From NCBI RefSeq assembly GCF_006345805.1, contig NC_043012.1, positions 21,142,001 through 21,206,000 on the forward strand: a stretch of 64,000 nt of DNA, given 5' to 3'. How positions within the stretch are numbered: position 1 is the first letter of the stretch; each line of letters begins with the position of its first letter. The translations under genes and the position numbers were made by a program. Below the pieces are notes generated by a model, which was not told where the DNA came from, searched no databases, and worked only from the letters and a program-made list of their open reading frames with translations. This document shows, in pieces, positions 39,591 to 49,663 of the stretch. This DNA comes from Octopus sinensis (Eukaryota).

Positions 39591-40736
39591 ACTACACACT
39601 CCTCTGCTGATCGAAAAACATATGGAGGCATTTGCATAACTATAATTATATAAGTATATTTTTTAGAAAAAAACACTATTGACATACTAATTACACAAAT
39701 GGTGTTGTTGGTGGTTTTTTGTTTTTTTCTTTTTTTAAATAATCAAAAATTATCAGGTAGTAATAAAAAATTTGATAACATTAGTTTCAAAAGATCAAAC
39801 CGTGTATTAAAATTCAAAATGGTTAAAACATTTGTAAGGAGAATTTATCCAGTTCTAACAATCCGCGATTAATTTCCTGACTTTCAGTAGATTTCTCTGT
39901 CTCGTTCTTTTTTTGTTTGTTTTTTCTACTTTTCTTTCTGTTTGTTATTTTTGTTTTAGTTTCCTTCTGTTTCATATTTCTTTTAATATTTGTTTGCGTA
40001 TTAGCCAACCTCTCAAACTTGATGTGTGTCTCTGTGTCTCATTCAATACCAACAAAACAAATTTCTACCTTTTTTTTGTCACAGAAAGTCAGTCAATTTA
40101 TAACACATTAGCCTCACCGCACATCATCTCACCTCACCTCACCTCACTTCACCTCTCCAGCTCTCAGAAAACCAAATTAAAACATCAGATGAGATGAGGG
40201 CTCTACACACCGGTCAGTTTTGCTCAAAGTATTTCACGCTTTTAAGACATTAGAAATAAAAACAAAAAAGAAAACACTATCATCGATATTATTACGAGTT
40301 GCTGATTATTTTGAAATTTATATTACAAACTTAAACATTTTTATATAGTTTTTCTCGATGCTATACATAGTCCAATTTTCGAAGCGCTCTTAGGGACTTA
40401 TTTTATAATACAATGAATATAGTTAAATAACTACACAGCTGTTACTTCTCACATGCAGGTCTTCCTGGTTTCCTAAAATGCTAGCTCAGATTTCCTGTGA
40501 TGAGGGAGAAATAAATTTTAAATTTACTTCATTGCGTTTTACATGTGGGCATTAATGTATTCACTGATCTTGTGTGTGAAATGATTGTGGTGGTTATACA
40601 GTTCCTATGTTTTTCTGAGCCCCGTTCATATGTGTGTATATATATATATATTATATATATATAGATATATATATATATTAATATATATATATACTATATG
40701 TATATATGTATGTATATATATAATATATAATATATA

Positions 40737-40792
<56 letters not shown>

Positions 40793-41660
40793 TACATATA
40801 TGTATATATGTATGTATGTATATATATATATATATATATAATATATATGTATGTATTTTATTGTATGTATATATTCATATAAACACACATATATACACAT
40901 GTGCCTATATATTATATACATATATCAAGTAGTAGTAGTAGTAGTAGTTTATCTGTTCATTTGTCATACCTTTTTATACCGTAGTGTTCATGGGAAAGTT
41001 GGGGGAACGTTAAAAATGAAAAGAGAAATAAATCATAAAACAATATTTTCCGCACATGCGCAAACGCAAAGTTACTGATAAACCCTGTAAAATTTTCTCT
41101 CCATTCCTGTTATCGGAATTCACATTCTTTGGCTTGTAAGGGATGCACAGAAGCAAAAAAAAAAAAAACGTTCTTCTTCTTAATATGATTATTGCTATCA
41201 CTATTATTGCTATTATTAGTAGTATTATAGATTTATAGATATATTTGTGGCTTTGTTATATATTAAATAACATTAAATATCACAAAAGATATTAAAAAAA
41301 GGTGAAAACAATTTTTCCAGAAATTTAGTCAACTATCTTCCTCATCACCCAGAAACCTATCCAGTTCATCATGACATTCGTCATCATCATCACCATTTTC
41401 GACTTAATATTAAATTCAAATTGTTATGTTAGCACATCGAAACACTCTCCTCCTCCTCCTCACAGCAGTATTATAAATATCATCTCTCTCCTAGCCAAAC
41501 TCATCAAAAACATCATCATTTTTATCATCCATATATTGATCAGTAATAACATCCATATGATCATCCATATGATCGACATAACTTTATATACATAGAAATG
41601 TGCACGTATGCAAGTATATATATAAACACACACATATATATGCATATATATATTTACATA

Positions 41661-41693
<33 letters not shown>

Positions 41694-41727
41694 CATACAT
41701 AGATACATACATACATACATATATTTA

Positions 41728-41776
<49 letters not shown>

Positions 41777-42614
41777 ATATACATATATATTATATATATA
41801 TGTATGTATGTATCTATTTTAACATTTTTACAGACTCGAGTTGAGTTTTCGTAAATAAATTTATGTATGTTTGTGTGTATAAAACATACATATATATATA
41901 TATGTATGTGTGTGTGTGTGTATATATATATATATACATATATATAGTATATATATATATATTATATATATATATATATATATAAATATATACACGCATA
42001 TATTGTGTGTGTATGTGTGAGTGTATGCGTGTATGTGTGTGTGTGCTTCGCCATCTTACAAATCACGGAATCAATTTAATAAATTTCCTGACTTTTACAC
42101 TCTGTTTATTGTCGTTAAGTAAGATGACTTCATAAATTATATAAAATTTATGTAATCACGATAAATAGCTGTTAATCTGATTATATTTTTAATTATTTGT
42201 TAATTGCGTGCGAAATCGCACAAAAAAAAATATTTAAAATTTCTCTCCATATTTAATATTTATTTTGTTACAAGCTTAAATATTACACCTAAAGAATTTC
42301 TTTAATGCTACCAAGTACAGAACAAAACGGTTTTGTAAGTGTAATGCACAACAAAACTCCAAAACAGAAATTAGGAAAGTAAACAGCTTGGGGTTGTCCA
42401 TACTTAAATATACATAAGTAATTCGTTTATTCTATGCGTTTAGTTTAAACAAATTTTCGAAATGCCCTTCCCTTTCTGTATGTAGGATTTAAATACATAT
42501 TCTACAAACACGCATGCTCTTACACTCACACACAGATACTCACACACACACAAACACATAGATATGTATGTATGCATGTGTGTATGTAGCATGTGTATAT
42601 GTATGTAACATATG

Positions 42615-42684
<70 letters not shown>

Positions 42685-42731
42685 CATTATGTATGATATA
42701 TATATATACATGCATGTACATATATGTGTAC

Positions 42732-42762
<31 letters not shown>

Positions 42763-44141
42763 TGCATGCATATCATGTATGTATATACAAACACATATAT
42801 AAGTACGTAAGTGTATACATACATGTGTATGTATGAATATATATGTACTATTATTTATTTATATATATATATAAATATACATACATACATATATATATTA
42901 ATATATATAGATATATATATATATATATATATACAGCTTATATATAATATATACATGCACACATCCATATATCCATATGATGGATCCCTCTGAATTTACG
43001 GCTTATTTTTTTTATTTTTGCACTAAATACGTAATTTACATAATGTCTGTTTTATGTTTTAGTTTTATTCTATACAAACATGTCATTAATAAATTACATA
43101 TTTATAGTCGCTGCTTATCGACTTTATAATTATTTTTATCGCTTTTATTGAAATTATAATTATCATTAGTGTTTTACTTCTCAAAACGTTCGGTCTTGTT
43201 TGTTCTGGTAGATTCTGTGAGAGCGGACAGCAAGCTGCTGTCAGAGGTTTCACAGGGTCTCTTTCAGCACATTATAAGCTTTCATACTCGGTTGTTAATT
43301 ATCGTATGATTATTATTATTATTAATATTATTAATATCATTATTATTATTTTTAGTGATATCTAACTCCTTAATGTATATATTGAGTTATATATATATAT
43401 ATGTATATTAGCCTGTATACCCATGCAATGACTGATCACACCGGATGAGCTGAATATCAGAGGCAAAAGAAAAACTCATGTATGTACATATTATATAACA
43501 AGATTCTTTACTGCACCGATGCACGCTTTCCAGAGTCTTAATCTGTAAGAGACAGTTTAGCATTAAAAAAAGTGCAGTACAACAATGAAATCACAATGCA
43601 GAACATTGCAACCATTCAACAACCGTTTAGGTAAAAAGTAGAGGATTTTTGCAGTTTTTTCGTATCCTTATATTTTGTATTTTTATTTTTATTTTTTTTA
43701 TTTTTTATTTTTTTTTTGTTATTTGTTTTTGATGAGTCACAACTAGAGAGAATAAGAGAAAAAGAAAAAAAGAGAGAGAGCGTTTGGAAGAAATTGACAT
43801 TATACATTTTTTTTTCTCAGTATTTTAACATTGAAAGACTTAAACCAATTGATTCCGCCGATTTTTTTTCCTTCTTGCAAGGAACCATATTTTTTTTTTT
43901 TTTTTATTAATTCGGTATACTTTGAAACATTTTGCCAGTAACGTTAGAAATTCTTTACCTCCTTCCTTCCTTCCTTCCCTTTGACAGTCCTTTGTTAAAT
44001 ATATTTATTTATAAAGTTCATTTCCTAGTAATTCTTTTCATTCAAAATTTTCATAACTGTTTTTTTTTTCTTTTCGTTTTCCATAAGTATTTGGAAGCCG
44101 ATGTCTGGAAGAAATGTACTCATCACTTATATATCATCATC

Positions 44142-44189
<48 letters not shown>

Positions 44190-44603
44190 TCATGTATTTT
44201 GTGATTTTTTTCTTTCCTGTTTGAATAATCCTTCGTTTATATAATCCTTTTAATTATGAGATGTCATGTTTTACTTAAAGTTGTTGTTGTTACTGTTGGT
44301 ATTTTTAACATTCGATATTTTGATGCCATAATTCAACGAAGATTTATAATTATTGTGAAGGAAATGTGTGGGAAATTCAACACATACATAAATTCATTTA
44401 AGTATAGATGTATATACATATATAAATATGTATGCGCGTGTTTGTGTGTATGTGTGCATATATGTATAAAATCATATTTGAATACATATTTCATTATGTG
44501 TGTATGCATGCGTGTTGTATGTATGAATGTATGTATGTATGTGTATACATATATATGTATATGTATATACACTTTAAGTTCTCTTTGAGCATATTTGTAT
44601 GTA

Positions 44604-44657
<54 letters not shown>

Positions 44658-45305
44658 CAAATAATCTGGGTAAGCGGTAATTCGAATCAGTGAATTAGTG
44701 TTAAGAATTTCAGGAGAATTATTTCAATTTTTCTGGCTTAAGGATTTCATTTCCGTTGAAACATTTGTGGATGTTATTCTTGGTAGTTTTCTGTGGCTCT
44801 TAAGAACAATTTTTACACACACTCCATATATATATATTTATACACCATTTTTTTTTTCTGTTTTTGCTATGTTTTGCATATCCAAAGCAACAACTGTTTC
44901 AGCAATACATGAATAGTTACGGTCATTGTTTGTCAGACAAATGGGCTATAAACATAAGCACAAAACTGCCACCAACTTTGACATACGAGTGTAAAATAAT
45001 TTAGTACTATAAGTGTAGTTATTACAAAATAAACCGAATGACTTACGTTCAGCTTTCGGATGACTTTAGATGATGTTCATTCATATTTCTGTAGTTTCTG
45101 TTGTTATGTTTCTATTTAATCAGGCAAGGTTGTCCGTGCCATTGCTGTTATTGTTGTGCTTGTTGTTAATCAGCATTAAAACTTCTATTTCATAAGCATT
45201 ATTCCGGCTGGTTGATTTTGTTTAATAATTCATATGCAATGTTACTATCGTTTTTATATTATGTATATATTCATATTAAAATTGTTGTTGTCAGTACTAT
45301 TATTA

Positions 45306-45352
<47 letters not shown>

Positions 45353-45846
45353 TCGCTTTGTACTTTTGTTTCTTATTTTTTTTTTTTGGTAAATAACCTC
45401 TAACTTTTTTTTCGATGTAATTACATTTACTTAAACATCAATACGTTTTGGTTTTGTTCACGTTGTTGTTGTTGTTGTTATTGTTATAATAGTTAATGCC
45501 ATTCTTATTGCTGATGTTGTTGAAACAGTAATAGCAAAAACAATACCCATTTCGCTGCAATGTCAGCACCTTTCCTACAGCACGTGTTGCTGCTTGTGCG
45601 TTGCTATTGTTGTAGTTGTTGTTGTTATTATTATTATTATTATTCAAAATGGCTTTAAATAATGGATTCTGTTATACATTAAAACATTGCTGTTGCTGTT
45701 GTTATATTATCTGTTGATAGCATCAACAGCAATTATCTATGCGCTTATTTCTTCTTGCCACTGTTTCAAATGTCGCTGTTAATTTAATCCAATTGCCGTT
45801 TAACATTCTGTTAATATCCTGATGTTACTGCTGGTGATATAAATAA

Positions 45847-45881
<35 letters not shown>

Positions 45882-46156
45882 TGTATGTATGTATGTATGT
45901 ATGTAGGTATGTATGTATGTATGTAGGTATGTATGTATGCATGTATGTATGTATGTATGTGTATATATATATGTATGTATTTACGTATGAATGATAGCAG
46001 TTGTGGAATGTTAATGCGTTCCAAGAAGTGAAATCATATTTTCAAGTTAAAGTCTCTACGGATTTTTCCTCTCCATTTTTTGAGTTTCTCCTTTTCTTTG
46101 TCTCTTTGTTCATGTTTGGTGTTACTTGTTTCTCATTCGGTCACCAGCTTTACCCT

Positions 46157-46162
46157 TTTATT
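46157..46162 (-). promoter_or_regulatory. Candidate polyadenylation signal AATAAA for the TRIM-like gene
   Basis: TTTATT on the plus strand, about 24 nt downstream of the second in-frame stop (TAG 46186-46188). The hexamer is common in AT-rich DNA. Confidence 0.3.
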
Positions 46163-46302
46163 TGCTTGCTTTCATTTCCACGTATCTAATCTTCATCTTC
46201 ACTTCTATCATTTTCTTCCTCCGACAAAACTTCTTCGTCTTCCATTGTTGTTCTCTTCGGCACTGATTTCTTTTCGTTTGCCTCTCTCTCTGCCTCTTTC
46301 TC

Positions 46303-47387
46303 TTATACCACAGTTTCATTTGGGTTATGCTCAATAGAACTGCTCTCTTGAATGTAATATAGTCGTCCCGTATCCCTAACCTGCTTGCTAGCCAATTGGA
46401 TCAGGTTCTTCTCTTGTTGTTTAATCAGTCTCTTAATTTGGTGCGATGTATGATGAAAATCAAATTCGTCAGCCCTTTCTGTAACTTTGATTTTGTGGTC
46501 AACGTCTATAACGTTCTTGCCTTGCATGCAGGTGAGTGGAGTTTGGTTGCGGACGATAAGCTTCCCGACTTCGGCTAAACATAACTGTCGGTTGGACACA
46601 GAACAGTCCTCCGCGTCAAACTTCAGCTCGGGGAAGTTCTGCGTGGCCTGAAGATTTTTGTAAGTGCACGGCACGCAAACACACGCAGAGTTAACTTTGC
46701 TGTAGAAAGAGGTGACGATCTGGCCGTGACACAACCTATAAAAGTAGTGGTCGGGCCTGACAGTTGGGCGTTGGTGGTTGACGGAAAGTTTGTTGAATTC
46801 TTGAATCACTCTGAGTGTTCCGTGATCCTCTTCACACATGTGGCACATACTGGAAGAGAAAGTCATCCCTACACTTCGTGATTGCACAGATTCCTCTTTT
46901 AACCGACGGAGGTTGTAGTTGATGCCGTTAAACTTGCGAACAATGTCGTCGAAATTGGATACAAGCATTACATTGCTTTCATCTTCATCGTCGTAAGCTA
47001 CTGCAGTGCCATGTATGGGGACATTGATTTCGACAGCTTGGTCGCAGACAGGACACTTCAGCTCAGCCTCCCGCGACTTCAGATGCTTCCGAATACAGTT
47101 GTGGCATAAGACATGACCACACGGAAACGTATCAGGTGTTTTTCCCACTTCAAGACTTTTGTGGTATTCTGTTTCCTTTTTAGAGCTGGCGCCATCGTAT
47201 TCGCCCATGTCACCATTCTGATGTCCGTATTTATGTGATGTCTGTTCTTCTGGTTCCGATTCTGGGTGACTTTCTCTTCGTCGAGGCCGATCGTCACTTT
47301 CCTGTCTTTCTGACAGCTGTTGTTTTGATCGCTCTTTAGAACGAGGCCGCCGCTGCTGCTGCTGCTTTTGCTGTCGTTGTGGTTTCG

Positions 47388-47418
<31 letters not shown>

Positions 47419-48226
47419 TGCCTCTTGCTGTTGCAGCTGATCATGTTGACTCGATTGAGAAGACTGTTGCGATACTCTAGACTTTTGCGATGCTCGTTGT
47501 GAAGATTTTGAATGTTGCTGATGTTGCTGTTGCTGCTGCTGCTGCTGTTGTTGCTGTTGCAACTGCTGCTGCAGCTGCTGCGACTGCTGCGGCTGCTGTA
47601 GAGCCCTTTGTTGCAAGGGTCTTGGGGCTCTCTGCTGCGGCCTTGGAGAAAACCGAGCCGTCAGTGGCCGCTGCTGCTGCTGCTGCTGCAGCTCTGATTG
47701 TTGTTGTTGCTGCTGCTGCTGCTGGAATTGAGATTGGAATGGCTTACGTCTTTGTTGCTGTTGCTGTTGCAACTGTTGGAGCTGGGATTGTTGTTGTTGT
47801 TGTAGTTGCTGTTGTTGTTGTTGTTGTTGTTGTTGGTGCTGAGACGTCTGTTTCGTCACCGAGTGTTTTCTTTGTTGAGGCGATCTATGTTGCCTGACAT
47901 TTTGCGTAGACTGCTGTTGTTTTTGTTTGTTCGACATATGTTGCTGTTGACGTTGTTGTCCTTGTTGTTGTTGTGGTTGTTGTTGTTGTTGTTGTTGTTG
48001 CTGCTGCTGCTGCTGCTGCTGTTGCTGTAACTGGTGGTGTTGGTGGTGGTGATGCGTGTACATAGGTATCGACGTCGAACGGTGAGTCACCTGTGACTTG
48101 TGCTTTTCATGTTTTTGATATTGTTGGTGTTGTTGTCCTTGACGTTCTTCTTCTTGTTGTTCTTGTTGGGCTGGTAACGGTGACGGTGACGGTGGAGGTG
48201 GTTTTTGTTTCTGGTCTTTCTCTGGC

Positions 48227-48258
<32 letters not shown>

Positions 48259-48330
48259 TTGTGGTTCAGGTGTGCCAGACACCGTTGAAAGTTCTCTCTC
48301 ATTCCTATTGATTTCTTCGTTGCTCGCCAT
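46303..48330 (-). CDS. Glutamine-rich, degenerate TRIM (RING-B-box1-B-box2-coiled-coil) protein, 675 aa, single uninterrupted ORF
   Basis: Only long non-microsatellite ORF in the window. The track starts it at a TTG (48441); the ATG at 48330 (MASNEE...) has good Kozak context (GGAAACATGG). The N-terminal half is Q-rich. The C-terminal half has PCGHVLCHNC..CPVC (RING), CHMC..HQRPTVRPDH (B-box1), FYSKVNSACVCVPC (B-box2) and IKRLIKQQEKNLIQL (coiled-coil), in canonical TRIM order. Further spliced exons cannot be excluded. Confidence 0.8.
46650..46845 (-). other. Degenerate B-box1 and B-box2
   Basis: B-box1 keeps CxxC and the terminal H-x8-H but lacks the internal Cys. B-box2 keeps the CxxC of CVPC but has FYS/KVN in place of FYC/xxC and no terminal His pair. 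Confidence 0.6.
47044..47169 (-). other. Degenerate C3HC4 RING domain (ligands 1 and 2 replaced by Tyr and Ser)
   Basis: EYHKSLEVGKTPDTFPCGHVLCHNC...CPVC aligns without gaps to the TRIM RING pattern E-C-x2-C-L-E-x2-K-x-P-x2-L-P-C-G-H-x2-C-x2-C...C-P-x-C; 6 of 8 ligands remain. Confidence 0.8.
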
Positions 48331-48702
48331 GTTTCCTTCTTTGATCTCTATCAGCATTCGTAGGCCAGAAAACTTTGGCAAGTGAGACGTCGTTTCTGAC
48401 CACACCAATCCAATCCAATCCAATCCAGTCACCCTAAACACTTTTCTACTACCTGTTTTGTTGTGCCAACCATACGAGAATAGCTTGAAAAAAATTACTA
48501 AATTTACCTGTCCACAGGTAAGTACAATTAGTTACCAGTCATGTGTTACAGACTGCTCGTTAGCAATTTACTCTTAATTTCTCTTTTCTTTTTCCTTTTC
48601 GTGTGATTACTAACAAGTCTGTATGCGTGAAACCTAAATTTTGTTATTGATTTATTTTCACCTTTCATTTGGTTATTAGAGAATTTCGTTAAGGAGAAAT
48701 AG

Positions 48703-48740
<38 letters not shown>

Positions 48741-48912
48741 ACGTGTGTGTGTGTGCGTGTGTGTGTGTGTGTGTAAAACTGTCAGAAGTTAAATTATATA
48801 TCAGTATACTGTTAGCTTTGGGGTTTTTTTCAGTGCTGTTATTTCTTTCGGTTATAAAGTACATACATAACTGCACTGGATTAAATAATAATAATAATGT
48901 TAGCAGTAATTA

Positions 48913-48955
<43 letters not shown>

Positions 48956-49579
48956 CAATATTTGTAATTTATACTTGATCGGTTAGGCATTGTTCATTCA
49001 TGTCCATTTTATGTACACTTATTTACATGCCTTGTAATAAGCTTAAAACAGTTGACCTGCAGCCCTTTATTAATATATCTATATATATATATCGTTTCTG
49101 TGTGTGCGTTTGTGTGTCACCGAGCGTTTTACAACTCGTGTTTTAACTGAAGTTTCGCACGTTTTTCCTCGCTTATCCTCAATAATATTCGGGGTTTGTT
49201 TTTTTTAAAAACCAGCTGTTGTACTTGTTGGTTGGCACAATATATGAAAATACAAATCGACTTCAGTTTGTAAATATATATATGATATCTGTACGTGTGT
49301 GTGTGTGTGTATGTATTTTCCTATACGGTTAGGGTAAATTCTATGAGTTTATATTAGTTTTACACAGCTATATGTATAAACGCAGTGCGTTTGAGGGAAG
49401 GGAAATATCAAAACAATATTCGAAGTCCAGTGTTAATTGGGAAATATTATCAGATGAAACATAAACATAAACTGTTATGATTGCAATTATTATTATTATT
49501 ATATTATTATTATTATTATTAAGCTAAAATAGATTATATAAACTATATTTATTAAATAATTAGATTATAAAATTAAATT

Positions 49580-49582
<3 letters not shown>

Positions 49583-49643
<61 letters not shown>
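49583..49643. repeat. (GATA)n microsatellite
   Basis: Directly visible; (ATT)n tracts also at about 45295-45352, 48915-48955 and 49485-49520. Confidence 0.95.

Positions 49644-49663
<20 letters not shown>

Noticed and set aside
47079-48311. Poly-Val/Ala/Leu/Ser ORFs overlapping the TRIM-like gene
   Set aside because: Alternate-frame or antisense readings of the CAG/CAA repeats.
48331-48441. 37-aa N-terminal extension from the TTG start used by the ORF track
   Set aside because: Non-ATG start that includes a (GGATT)n repeat; the ATG at 48330 has better context.
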